Assembly: GCA_008690995.1 (NCBI GenBank)
Contig: VRMN01000013.1
Location: 62,001 to 126,000 of the forward strand
Direction: 5' to 3'
Origin: Porphyridium purpureum
Lineage: Eukaryota
Length of the DNA stretch: 64,000 nt
Positions 1-11,424 of the stretch are shown here, one piece after another. The position numbers were made by a program, and so were the translations under genes. Under the pieces are notes generated by a model, which worked only from the letters and a program-made list of their open reading frames with translations, searched no databases and had not been told where the DNA came from. Within the stretch, counting starts at the first letter, position 1. Each line of letters opens with the position of its first letter.

Positions 1-1026
1 GTTGCCAACATTCTTGCCGAGACGCGCGTGTTCGCGGCGCTCAGTGACATTGTTGGAGCGCGCGCGGTCAGTGCTCACGTTTGATGTGCAAGAACATGGC
101 GCACTGACCTGCAGGCAGACAAAGCGAACAGTATTTCGAAGCCAATGGTAATGTTGAAAGCAGACCGTGCGTCTGTCGTCACACCATGTGCGTTCGGCAA
201 GGTCTGAGGCCTGCGGCGAGGAATGACTGTTCGACTGGCTGAAGAAAGGAAAATCATCTTGGTTTTGCTGAGCACCGCTTCTGATTGCAAAAGAGAAGCT
301 GTCTTATGTTGTGGCACGGTGGAATAGTCAGTCGGGAGACAGAAGAGTGGCTGGAAGATCAAGTAGAAGACGCTCAAGCAGGTTTGAAGGTACAGACCTG
401 GTAAACATACTCACCGCTCAACAACGGAGAGGCTTCGGATGCTGCATTAGAATGCTTTACTACGAGGTTTACTGAAATCCCGTACTCCGACATTGCCGCA
501 TTGAGCTGACGCGATACATAAGCGTGACAGGGTCACAATGACACTGTCGGTACTGATTTCCTGTCTGGTCCGCCGGGAGACAGAACATTTACGTGCTCAG
601 CGCTCTTGCCACTCTCGGGTGATGCGCATCAATCTTTAAGCATAGTGCTTAGTTGAAGACTACAGAATTATTCGGAATCCAATGGATGGTCTGTGACTGC
701 ACGAGCGTCTAGACTTTGTGGTGGTCCCGGTATGGCATCAAACGCATCGCGGGCTCACATACTTTGTTTGAAAGGAGGCATACGCCAGTTCACATTGTGA
801 TGCTGCAAACGAAATCAATATTCTCTGCAGAAGCAGCTTTCCGCAAGTGCGACGCACCAGATCTCGGGGCCTGCATTGCATCGAATGGCACTCAGATGGC
901 CCGCGCAACTGATTCATTGCATCACACGTTTCGGCTGGCCACGCGCTGCCGCTCCCGGCACTTCAGCACTGCGAGCATATTGCAGCAATTGGGCTCAGGG
1001 CAAGGTGGCTCTTGCTCCAGCACACC

Positions 1027-1395
1027 ATGGCGCGACACCATGAGGATACATCACGCGAAGAAACGGCGCAGCAAGGCGTCTCCACTGGCCCTCGTCTTCG
1101 GCAGCCAGGTATCGCAGTCAAGTATTCGGAACCGAACTTGGCGGCATCCATGTCGGTCAAACCACAGCACCAAGTCGACTCGCAGAGATCTATCCAACGA
1201 CCGCATCCGCAAACAGAGTCTAGACTTTCCGCGGGGTCCTCGTCCTCGTGGGAGCTGCTTTGCAGAGCTGGCACCGTGCTCCCTGCGCCTTCCCGGCCGT
1301 ACAACACGCTTTACTATAAAACGGCTCTTCCGCACCGCGGAATTCCCCGCACCGGTCGGTGGGGTTACATCCAGCTCGTCCGGCCGCCGGCGTGA
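1027..1395 (+). CDS. Hypothetical small protein (122 aa)
   Basis: ATG in strong context (caccATGG). Disordered N-terminus and a more ordered C-terminus (RPYNTLYYK...GRWGYIQLV). No recognisable family. Confidence 0.3.
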   Translation: MARHHEDTSREETAQQGVSTGPRLRQPGIAVKYSEPNLAASMSVKPQHQVDSQRSIQRPHPQTESRLSAGSSSSWELLCRAGTVLPAPSRPYNTLYYKTALPHRGIPRTGRWGYIQLVRPPA

Positions 1396-2708
1396 GTGCA
1401 GCCGCACACGATTGCGAATCGCCGCGTCTACGTACGAGCCGTGACAACACGTGTGCATCAACCCATGGCGCCCGAAACCAATGACCGCGTGCTCAGTGCG
1501 CTGTCAGGCCATTCAGCCTAAGAGGCGCGCTTTCTTGCCAGCCTCACTTGCACGCCTGCTCGCGTACCAAGACAGCACTTACGTTCTGGGCCGACATCAA
1601 AGCTGCGCGCCGAAGATCCGGCGGCACGGGTGAGTACAAAGCTCAATCCACGAGCGAGGATTGCGCTTTCTGCGGTCGCGTGAAATCCCCGCCGGCGTGT
1701 CAGCCGGGTGCTTTTTCGCGTTGTGTGGAGCAGAAGTGATTACAGTTTATTGGCGGGTGCCGTTGACACGAGCGCGCTCGTCCTAGCAAAACGCCCTGAA
1801 ATGGTGCATGTCCCGATTGGGCAAGAACGCAAGAAAAATTACGACACGAAATTCCGATCGATCTTCTGCTTTTCGTTTTATTCCTGTGGTCTTTGACAGC
1901 TGCTTTTGCTTTTTCGGTCGGTGGTGGTGCCGAAGTGTTGAGAGATGTAGATAGAAACGGGATCCGAGAATGAGGCGCTTGCCCAAAACATTCGATATTA
2001 TTCATCGCTAAACTCACGTGTACGCATCCCGCCGGGCACGGCTCGGAAGAAAAGAAGGAGGGGGGAAAAACAAGGCTCACTCAAGGGTCACCGCGTCAAG
2101 GCGTTGTTTGTCACACAATGTCCAGAGCGCGCGCGGGGAATGGGTCGAGGGAGGTGATATGTGTGTGTACCTGTGCTAGAGTGCGCGTAGAGGATAGAAA
2201 GGGACAGTATAAACGTATTGGGACATTCGCGCCACAGCGATGAAAGGGTGCATGGTACAAATGAGTTGATGCCCACCGGCTAGCGTCTGATTGACATCGA
2301 AGCAGTAACGTCACCTTTGGAAGGGAAAAGGAAGAAAGCTGTCGTGGTGCAGCGGTTGGCCTTTCTCGGCCACGTCGACCAGGCAAGGCAGGTCCGTTCG
2401 GAAATCGCGAGCAGCGCTGCGCCACAGAGAGATAGTGAGGTGGCCAAGTGGCTCAACCAGTCGGACAAGCTCTGTTGCAGCACACCGGTTGCTGCCTCTG
2501 ACGCAGCTTCGGAAGCGACGTATCAAAGCTCGGGCGCGGTCATTGGATCCGCGGACGCCGTGACTCAGCTTGTCGCGTGTTCGAACATAAAGCGGAACGC
2601 TCACATGGTACCAAGGCGGTGCCCACGCTCGTGCGAGTGCCTCTTCTGCTCACTTCGCGAACCGCGTGGTGCCCGAGTTGCTGATCGCTCCTGATCCTGA
2701 CGCCGAGT

Positions 2709-3383
2709 ATGCGTGGAGCGAAGGACTTCAGCGGCGACTTGGCCGGATCAAATTCTGGCTTAGAACGTACTCCAGGCGGGTATGCCCGAATCCCAATACG
2801 CATGCTTCTGAATGATGAAGATGCACCTCCCGGAAGATATTTCGTCCGATCGCTGGAAAGGCAAGCGTCAGCAAGTTCGTCCCAACAACAACAACACCAA
2901 CCGCAGCCGCTGCCGCTGCCTGCGACACAAGAGCCGCGTCTGCTCCACTCGGACACAAGTGTGGAACGCGAAGGAGGTGGGACAGGCTCCGAGCAAAGAA
3001 GTCACGATTCGACTTCTGAGACCGAAGATGCCAAACGGCGGCGGTGGACAAAAGAAGAGGACAACGCATTGATGAATGTTGTGGCGCACCATGGTCCGAA
3101 GCACTGGAATCGACTGGCTGAACAGTACATGCCAGAGCGGACCGGGCAGCAGCTGCGACTGCGATACACCAATCACCTCAGATTCTCCAACGCCGAAAAA
3201 TACGCGCCTTTCAGCGCGGAGCAGGACGCGCGCATCTTGCAGGAGGGCAAAAATCCGACTCGGAGGTGGATTGAGCTTGCTCGCGAAATGGGCCGCAGCC
3301 ATAATGCCATAAAAAACCGTTACAATCTTCTCATTCGGCGGCAGGAAAGGCAGCAGGGCGGTTCGGCTTTCTCACCGCAGTGA
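2709..3383 (+). CDS. R2R3-type MYB transcription factor
   Basis: Two MYB repeats: RRRWTKEEDNALMNVVAHHGPKHWNRLA...RTGQQLRLRYTNHL and PFSAEQDARIL...RRWIELAREMGRSHNAIKNRYN. Confidence 0.92.
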   Translation: MRGAKDFSGDLAGSNSGLERTPGGYARIPIRMLLNDEDAPPGRYFVRSLERQASASSSQQQQHQPQPLPLPATQEPRLLHSDTSVEREGGGTGSEQRSHDSTSETEDAKRRRWTKEEDNALMNVVAHHGPKHWNRLAEQYMPERTGQQLRLRYTNHLRFSNAEKYAPFSAEQDARILQEGKNPTRRWIELAREMGRSHNAIKNRYNLLIRRQERQQGGSAFSPQ

Positions 3384-3659
3384 CATTCACGTTTCCATTC
3401 GTGATCAAACTGGAGCAACCCGTGAACGAAATCGAGGTTTCTTTAACAGCGCATGAGCGTGCATAAATTGGTCGCCCACGCTTTTCTGTGGTCACTTGAG
3501 AGCGAATAGCCATCACAGTTTACTGGTGCAACGATCAGAAAACTCGCCTATCCAGATGCCTGCGTGTCAACTGGGTCTTCTTGCGGACGCCATGCCTAGC
3601 GCGCGCTTCACGTCGCTGCGGGGTATGCGCTCCAAAAAGAGCCATGACAACTCGATGCT

Positions 3660-4385
3660 TTAGATGCTGATCATATCCATTGAACGTGCTCCTGCACCCA
3701 GGTTAAGTTCATACGTCCAGCTCCGTTTCGGCTGAGTAGCGACAAAAAAGTATGCATCAGCAATGTCCTTGGCATCGAGAAAGTCGTCGCGCGGCTTGTC
3801 CGGCAAGCGCTCGTACGACTTTGGCATTCCGACGAGGCCGTCTATGATGACATGAAAGACGTGTATTCCCTTGGGGCCAAATTCACGCGCCAGCGCCTGG
3901 CACATTGCGCGCACTCCGAATTTGGCCGACGCAAAGGCACATGTGATGGGCATTCCTCGCCATGACGCGGTGGCACCTGTCACACCAATCACGCCATGTC
4001 CCTGCGCTTCGAAATGCGGGATGACTGCCTTGGCAAACGCAAACAGCCCACGTGGTCCGGAGCTCCACGCGATGTCGAGATCGTGTTCCGTCGTGTCATG
4101 AAAGCTCTTGAAAACTCCGACGCCAACATTATAAACGAGCACGTCGATGCCACCCATCTTATCCAGCACGTCGGTCACCACGCCTCGGACCTGCTCCGGA
4201 TCTGTCGCATCTGCGACAAAGCCTCGCGAGTTTGGAATCGATGCCTGCAACGCGTCCAGATTCGGCTTGGTGCGCGCCAACATCGCTACCTTGTACCCCT
4301 CTGCCGCAAACTTGCGCGCCACATGGTCCCCAATCCCATCGCCTCCCAATCCCACCACCACACACACCTTATCCATACCCGCCAT
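3660..4385 (-). CDS. Short-chain dehydrogenase/reductase, Phe-for-Tyr subgroup
   Basis: VVVGLGGDGIG Rossmann motif, VLVYNVG, TGATASWRG, AFASAKFGVRAMCQALAREFGPKGIHVFHVIIDG. First ATG is at 4385. Confidence 0.92.
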   Translation of the reverse strand: MAGMDKVCVVVGLGGDGIGDHVARKFAAEGYKVAMLARTKPNLDALQASIPNSRGFVADATDPEQVRGVVTDVLDKMGGIDVLVYNVGVGVFKSFHDTTEHDLDIAWSSGPRGLFAFAKAVIPHFEAQGHGVIGVTGATASWRGMPITCAFASAKFGVRAMCQALAREFGPKGIHVFHVIIDGLVGMPKSYERLPDKPRDDFLDAKDIADAYFFVATQPKRSWTYELNLGAGARSMDMISI

Positions 4386-4475
4386 CCTTCTGCCCCTATC
4401 CTTCGCACCTACCACACATGTACGCTGCCAACTCACGATCCTTCTCGCGCCACGCACCGCACGCTAAAAGAGTCA

Positions 4476-4555
4476 GCATCGGTTCATCGGTTTATTGGAT
4501 CATGGGTTCCTCACTTTATCAGCTCTTCAGCTCATCGGCTCATCGGTTCATCGGT
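4476..4555. repeat. Degenerate 8-bp tandem repeat (consensus TCATCGGT, about 10 units)
   Basis: Units read directly: gcatcggt tcatcggt ttattgga tcatgggt tcctcact ttatcagc tcttcagc tcatcggc tcatcggt tcatcggt. Confidence 0.8.
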
Positions 4556-5365
4556 AGGCAAGTTAGTCGGTTGAACCGTTGGTAGGTTGAGCGGTTGATC
4601 GGATTCAGGTGGTGCGAGACCATCCCGCGGCTCCCGCATTCCGCGCATTGCACATTTGTATCAAAGTATGCACGTTTGATTATATAGGTCCATCTGAATT
4701 GCAAAGGAATGTGACTGGAGGCCGTGTTTCGACTGAATCCCGTCAATTTACGCAGCTGCGCCCGCAGCGCGCCGCGCAAGCAGCACGGCCACGCTTTACT
4801 AGTAGCGGGCGCTGGAACAGAATAAAGTGAACACTGAAATCGAATCTAGGGTTCCGCAACCCTACGTGAACACATGAGCGCCGGGTTACGGGAGTCGGAG
4901 GAGGCGGAAGAGACGGAATTGACGGGATGTGCGCGCCGCTTGTCAAGCACTGCTCGCGGTAATTGGGTCGCCCCACACAAGATTGCTCGGACTCGTTCGA
5001 GCGCGTGGGGAGATCTTGGTGAAACGGCGTGGCGGCCCCCCCAGCAGCCCCGGCGTGCGTGGCGTGTTGGGGTTGACACGCAGCCTCACATTTACAGCGT
5101 GTGCAAAGGAAAGGTGGGAGAGTTGGCAGAGTCGCGCGTTGCGTTCTTGCGTTGCATCGTCTGCGCAGGCGCTTTCGTTGGTCGGTTCGAAGTGGGGACA
5201 GACCACTTGATTTGCAGTCGCGCGCGCACGGGGATAAAGTGGCGTGACGAGATTGGCGCACATCCGCGAGCACAAGGCAAGCTTGGATGAAGTGGCTTGA
5301 ATGGCGTTGCGTGCTTGTGTCTTTTCATCTTACGAATCTGTAAGAATATCACACCAGCTTGGAGT

Positions 5366-8300
5366 ATGGAGGACGCAGTGCTACTTGTGCGTGCCATGCT
5401 AAAAAAGGCCTCTGTAAAGGCGTGGCTGCAGCACGCCCACGAAGAGCGCTTGTACACCGCCGCAGAAGAAGAAACAATGGCTCACCTTGAAACAGGAAAG
5501 AGCGCCGCTGGGGCGGTCATGTTCGGGCCGGGACAGAATGCCCAAATTCAGGATGAGGCCAGTCGCGCAGGTGGGAGCGTACATGGGCGGCGGCGTGACC
5601 GCAAGGCAGGTGGACACGTTTTCCACGAAGTGGGTGTATATTGCGTATTGCGGAACAACCCGGGTGCGGAACCGCTCGATGCGCATGGCCGGCGGAAGGA
5701 AACGTTGCGTGATATGGCCGTTTACCAATGCGTAGGCACTGTCTTCTCCGCGTGCGTGGCAGAATCGCTTGAGGATGAAGAAAAGTCCGCCGAGCAGTTC
5801 AGATACTTATTCGACTCATATCAGGCCCCCGAGTCGAGTATGCGAGGTAGGAGCTTCATCGGTCTCACCCCAAACGCCGCGCTTTCGTACTGGAGCGTGC
5901 AAGGTTGTCTACACTGGCGCGAAATATCTCTACTGATCGCCATCCATCGACCCGACTTGCAGCTCTCATTTGCGTCGCTGCACACCAAAGTGGTTGTTCT
6001 GAGTGAAAAGAATGCGACGGGCGGGTTGCGCGTGGCGGCAAGGCGGTGCTTTTGCCAACTACATGCGCAGCAAAACGCTGCGACACGTGGTGATAGCAAT
6101 GCGGACATTGAACAAAGAAAGCCTCGACCACGGGACGCGGAATCACGCGAGATGACCTTCTCGGGCTCGCAACCCACCGATACTGGATCGGGATTTAGAG
6201 ATACACTCTCTGTCACCAATATTCAAAGCGGCTCCGGGACAAGGTCACCATTACCAAGCCAGGACCGCGTGGGTTGTGTGGAGTTTATGCCCTTGCAGGA
6301 TGGGTCGCTCGTAGTGGGAGTTGCATCTGCGTCGGGAACATACAAGGAGACGCACGTCTTTCTGCTTGAATCAGAGCCAGGCGAAAAGGACGATGTGAGT
6401 CTGCCTTCACGCATGGTAGGGCACTTAGAATTCACGTCGGAATTGGGCGAATCCCAAGCACGCTTACATCGTGACTTTTCGGCGTCTGCTGAGCGTGCGC
6501 CTTTGAAATCATTTGTGCGTACCACTTCGCGGGGAGGTAGCGTGGAAGGGCACGGTATGCACGAATTTGACGTCGGTGGCGAGCTTGCTTCATCAAGCCA
6601 GAGCAGTATCCCCGAAATCAGCGTGCTGGATACTTTCCGGCGGAGCATAGGCGGTTTGTGGCTGACAACTGTACGCCTGCGAGATCGAGAAGTTTCTTTG
6701 ACGGAGTTTATCAGCACAGAGTCGTTTTGCGCCGAACCGGGCTCCGTGGAGCTACCAGTTGAGGCAGTCTCCAAGGCCGATTTGAAAACGAACTTCTGGG
6801 GCCACACAACGCGGCAGAACAGTTCAGTCCATGATGACCCGTCTCCAGATGCTGAAGATTGCGACGCAAAGCGTCAAAAACGATTGCAAGACCGTGCTTC
6901 TGCATCCCGGCTGGCTGCTTCGCCAAAACAAACAGCCAGCTTCGCCGGTTCTGCGGCCAATCCACCGGTTAACGGTGCGTCCACTCGCGCACCACGGGCT
7001 GCGTCTGGATCTGCAGCGAAATCAGAACTCTTCACCGGTTTGACCATAGGAGGCCGTGCAGTCAGCATGGATCCTTCGCGAAAACCTGTTGACATTGTTG
7101 GCGATGAGCGGGAGCCCAAGGAAGCCGGCAACAGCAGAACCAAGAGTAACAACCCATGGAATCTGGCGGCTTCGGCTGATCATGATTTTCAGGCGGCGCA
7201 TCAGCTGCATCAACAGACAGGTTCGCCCGGCCTTATGGAAAATACACTTTTCCAAGTTGGTGTACCTATGTCTGTAAGCCGGGCATTTGCCCCCTTGGAC
7301 GAGGCTCCGACATCTCCGCGACTTGCGAATAGCGTTGCAGCTCCACCGGCTTCAGATCCGGCCTTGCATTTCTCGATCCGGCAGCATCAGTTTAATACAC
7401 CAGGGACGCAGACAAACACGGCGTCGCAACCGGTGCCGCCGTCCGGAGCAAGTGTGTCTGTGTATCCTCGCTTCTCAGGGGATGGCAACGAGTCTGAATT
7501 TGTTTTCATGCAAGGCTCTGGAATGTACGGGATACCCTACCCGCAGGATGTGCCATCAAAGGTACTGGGCGGCGGGACGGGCGACCCTCCGGGCGCTTCC
7601 GGGATGGTGAGCTTTGACTTTGATCATTTCAAGCAGTACTCATTTTTGCGCAGTCGAGACGGAGACATGCGCAACGCTCAGTCCCACGGGCTCGCCCCGT
7701 TTCCTTCCCTTGGTTCCTTTGGCGCAATCGGTACGTTGCCGAGTCAACATTGGATGTACCAGATGGATCCACCACCAGCTCATCCTTGTCACGGGGCGGG
7801 TCCGAGTATCGTTCCACGTGCGGACGGCGGCACGGTGAAATCGTCCGACTTTTTCAACAAGTTCATTACAACGCCGCCGGGCAGTATTGATCTCCATCTG
7901 ACGAACGGTCCATCACTGCGTCCATGGGCAATGAGCAGCCCGGCACTGGTGTCTGAGTCGCACCAGAAATCAAATCAGTACGTTTCGCAATCTGCGCCTG
8001 GCGCAATGTCCGAGAGGTCGTTTGTCCTGCATGCGCCGCTCCACACGGGCGCTTCCGGAGTAGCTGCTAGTCGTGGCAGCACTGGTGTTGACCACAGAGA
8101 TAGCAACGTTCAACATGGACGAGCATTTGGAGGGAAATCACAGGTCATTGCCGAGGCTGCTCGTGAACTCGGACAACGGTCGACAGGTAAAGGCCCGCTT
8201 CCGCTGCTGCGAAAGCCCTGGGAAACGTTCAAAGCAACAGCAAGTGGGGATGACGAGCTGATTTTGCCGCCGCACCCTAAGACAGATGGCACGGCCAAGG

Positions 8301-8875
8301 CGCAGGAAGGAGGAAACGCGACGTCCTCTTTGAAGCGTAAAATGGTACCGTTGGTGCTTCGGGTAAGTCATGACGAAGAGGATAATACCCGGAATGATCT
8401 TTCCATCAGAAATGGTGCGAAGTTAAAAGCTGCTGATCTCGCCACCGATCGATGGGCAGGACTAGCGCCGGACTTGTGCGTCGTCTCAGGATCAGCAACC
8501 GTCGATTCTGCCTCGTGGAAAAGTCGATCTCCAGGCACGAGGGTCAAAACCACAGGGAGCAGTGCAGGTGTTCAGAGCCCGTGCAATGGTACCCCATCAG
8601 GATCGAGGCGCGATCTTCGGTGTGACCGGTGTGATCAGGTTTTTGGTCGGCAGTCCAACTTGACGAGACATATTGCGATGGTGCATGAGAGGCTGCGGCC
8701 ATTTACATGTGAGATCTGTGAGCAGTCGTTCGGCACCGAATCAAACTTGCGTCGGCACAAGCAGTCGAAGCATTCAGAAAACCCAAAGCCGTTTCGATGT
8801 CTCGTCTGCGAAAAGGTGTTTGGGCAGCAGTCGGATCTCCGACGGCACGTGGAATCAGTGCATGCAAAGTTATAG
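5366..8875 (+). CDS. Large C2H2 zinc-finger transcription factor (three C-terminal fingers)
   Basis: CDRCDQVFGRQSNLTRHIAMVH, CEICEQSFGTESNLRRHKQSKH and CLVCEKVFGQQSDLRRHVESVH with RPF/KPF linkers. First in-frame ATG is at 5366. Confidence 0.9.
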   Translation: MEDAVLLVRAMLKKASVKAWLQHAHEERLYTAAEEETMAHLETGKSAAGAVMFGPGQNAQIQDEASRAGGSVHGRRRDRKAGGHVFHEVGVYCVLRNNPGAEPLDAHGRRKETLRDMAVYQCVGTVFSACVAESLEDEEKSAEQFRYLFDSYQAPESSMRGRSFIGLTPNAALSYWSVQGCLHWREISLLIAIHRPDLQLSFASLHTKVVVLSEKNATGGLRVAARRCFCQLHAQQNAATRGDSNADIEQRKPRPRDAESREMTFSGSQPTDTGSGFRDTLSVTNIQSGSGTRSPLPSQDRVGCVEFMPLQDGSLVVGVASASGTYKETHVFLLESEPGEKDDVSLPSRMVGHLEFTSELGESQARLHRDFSASAERAPLKSFVRTTSRGGSVEGHGMHEFDVGGELASSSQSSIPEISVLDTFRRSIGGLWLTTVRLRDREVSLTEFISTESFCAEPGSVELPVEAVSKADLKTNFWGHTTRQNSSVHDDPSPDAEDCDAKRQKRLQDRASASRLAASPKQTASFAGSAANPPVNGASTRAPRAASGSAAKSELFTGLTIGGRAVSMDPSRKPVDIVGDEREPKEAGNSRTKSNNPWNLAASADHDFQAAHQLHQQTGSPGLMENTLFQVGVPMSVSRAFAPLDEAPTSPRLANSVAAPPASDPALHFSIRQHQFNTPGTQTNTASQPVPPSGASVSVYPRFSGDGNESEFVFMQGSGMYGIPYPQDVPSKVLGGGTGDPPGASGMVSFDFDHFKQYSFLRSRDGDMRNAQSHGLAPFPSLGSFGAIGTLPSQHWMYQMDPPPAHPCHGAGPSIVPRADGGTVKSSDFFNKFITTPPGSIDLHLTNGPSLRPWAMSSPALVSESHQKSNQYVSQSAPGAMSERSFVLHAPLHTGASGVAASRGSTGVDHRDSNVQHGRAFGGKSQVIAEAARELGQRSTGKGPLPLLRKPWETFKATASGDDELILPPHPKTDGTAKAQEGGNATSSLKRKMVPLVLRVSHDEEDNTRNDLSIRNGAKLKAADLATDRWAGLAPDLCVVSGSATVDSASWKSRSPGTRVKTTGSSAGVQSPCNGTPSGSRRDLRCDRCDQVFGRQSNLTRHIAMVHERLRPFTCEICEQSFGTESNLRRHKQSKHSENPKPFRCLVCEKVFGQQSDLRRHVESVHAKL

Positions 8876-9037
8876 CAATGGCGGCATTAAAGCTTAGAGC
8901 CGAAAGGGGCGGTTTTGCAATTTCGTACGCTGAACACACTGCACAAACGCGCGACCCAACTCGATCCCTCCTTCATGTGAGTCCCATCATAGCAAGTCAG
9001 TCATTTACAAGGCTCCTAAATCGTCAAACGTTACTTG

Positions 9038-11424
9038 CTATCTTGCCAAAGGTGCCGCCGCACGCTTGCTGCTTGGCGAAGCCTGGGGGGAACAAACACC
9101 GCTCGCTCCCAAAGCCGCCGATGCGGTATTCGCAGCAGCAGAATCTGCGCTCTGTTGAGAACCGGCTTGCTCATTCACATTGACGGGCGGGCCGGTGCGA
9201 GACAGCGATGTTCCACTCAGCATAGCCGCAGCAGGCTGTTGTTCTTGCGGGGCACCTGCAGGAGCAGCCCCTGCTGCCGCTGGTGTGGGCACGGCGGCAG
9301 GCGTCGCGACTGGCGACTTTGGCAAGACTGCGGCCGCGCGAGCACGCGCCACGTCAACCATGTTGTCGATTTTTTTCTTCCCCGCGGACGCAGATTTATC
9401 AGCCGGGGAGCTAGAACCACCCTTATCATTCGCGAACAAAGCACGAACCTCGTCACCTGTCAAAGTTTCCTTATCCAAAAGCTCTCTGGCAAGCTTGTGC
9501 AGGTCCGCCTCGTACGTCACCAGGACATTCTTCGCCCGTGCGTACGCACTTTCCAGGAGTGCTTTCACTTCATTCTCAATCACAGCGCGCGTTTCCGAAC
9601 TCTCTTCGGCCTTGTCGTGGACCACGTGCCCAATCTTCTCACTCATGCCAAATCGCATTACCATGGCTTCAGCCAACTTGGTGGCTTGGTCAAAATCAGA
9701 CGAGGCGCCGCTCGTTACGTTCTCATCGCCAAAAATGAGTTCTTCTGCAACCCGCCCGGCCATGCATACATCTAGCTTCGCAAGCATCTGCTTGCGCGAA
9801 TACGACGTCATGTCATCATCAGGCAGCTGAGAGACCATCCCGAGCGCCTGGCCGCGCGGAATGATTGTAGCCTTGTGCACAGGCAGAGCGCCCTGCGTTT
9901 TGATCGCCACCAAAGCGTGCCCTCCCTCATGGTAAGCTGTGAGAACCCTACTCTCTTCCGAGATCACTGCGCTTTTCCGTTCGGCCCCCATCAGAATCTT
10001 ATCCTTCGCGTGCTCCAGCTGCTTCATTCCTACGCTGTCCATGCCGTCCAGCGCAGCCTTGAGCGCAGCCATGTTGACGAGATTGGCAAGCTCGGCACCA
10101 GAAAAGCCGGGCGTGCCGCGCGCGATAATGTCTAGCTCTACTTCGGGCGCCAGTGGGATACCCTGCGTGTGAACCAGCAGAATCTGTTTTCGGCCGGCCA
10201 CATCAGGTAGTGGCACGACCACATTACGATCAAAGCGACCCGGACGAACCAGCGCCTTGTCCAAGGACTCTGGAAAGTTGGTCGCCCCGATTACAATGAT
10301 ACCTTCGGTGGGCGTGAACCCGTCCAGCTCTACAAGCAGCTGGTTGAGGGTCATCTTCATGTACTGCTGGTCCTTGGGGTTGCGAGTGGCTCCAATCGCA
10401 TCAATTTCATCAATGAAGATGATACACGGAGCGTGCTTTTTGGCCGCAGCAAAAAGCTCGCGCACGCGACGCGCACCCACGCCGACGAACATTTCCTCAA
10501 ACTCGGAGCCGCTTGCGTAGAAGAATGGCACATTCGCTTCGCCCGAGATTGCGCGCGCAAGCATCGTCTTGCCGGTGCCAGGCGGACCCACGAGCAAGAG
10601 GCCCTTGGGCAGTTTCCCGCCCAATCGCGTGAATGTCTGCGGGCTCTTCAAGTAGTGCACTACCTCTTCAAGCTCAGCCTTGGCTTCATCGCAGCCTTTG
10701 ACGTCGTCAAACTTTGTGGGTGTGGTGGGCTCTGGTTCTGGCTGCACGTCTGTGTTAATACCGAATCCACGGGCCATGCCTCGCTCCTCCATGATAGCGC
10801 CGATGCCGGACAGCACGATAAAGGTTGTTGCCAGTGCGCGCATGGTTTTCCAGAGTTGTGCCTTGACTGAAGGTTCAGCAATACTTACGTGGACAGGTTC
10901 ACGGGTAGTGCCCATCGCCGGCGAAAGCGCCATATCAGCGGCGCCGGATGCGGAACCGGAAGTCATCGAGCTGCCACCAAGCACGCCGTACGTGTACGGC
11001 TCCGGGGGAGCCGTAAAGCCGCTCGGCGCCGAGGGGTACCGCCTAGCGCCATAAGCAGCGGCCGAGTCTTCAGCGGCGGCCGCCGCTGCCGCAGCGTGAT
11101 GCTCAAGCGCCGCGGCGTTGGGCGAAATCCCCAACCGGGCCACAATATCGCTCATCTTGTAGCGGTCAAAACGGCCCGCCGCGACAAGCGCCTTGATATA
11201 CTCCTTCCCCACTGCGTCTGCTGTGTACGGGGCCGCTTGATACACCCACTCGCCGCCCGCCTCGACGCGGCGAATCACCTCGTGCGGCATGTTGTTGCTG
11301 TTCAGCTCATGCAGCAGCGCCGGCATGCGCTCCGGGTCATGCTCCGCCTCCCGGCCGACCCGCGCGAGCCGCCGCGCGCCGCCGCGGACGCAAACCCGCG
11401 GCGACCGACCCCCATCACCGCCAT
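9038..11424 (-). CDS. ftsH: Mitochondrial i-AAA ATP-dependent zinc metalloprotease (YME1/FtsH4-like), apparent 1-nt frameshift near the 5' end
   Basis: Walker A GPPGTGKT, Walker [24 protein letters not shown], zinc motif HEGGH, single TM segment. A presequence [16 protein letters not shown] starts at ATG 11424 in an adjacent frame. Confidence 0.93.

Noticed and set aside
1..1000. Short ORFs (75..377 -, 716..1444 +) and a possible gene tail at 1..84
   Set aside because: No recognisable motifs, non-ATG starts and composition typical of non-coding or alternative frames.
2317..2694. 125-aa ORF just upstream of the MYB gene
   Set aside because: TTG start, different frame from MYB, no convincing splice sites or domain. 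Probably 5' leader.
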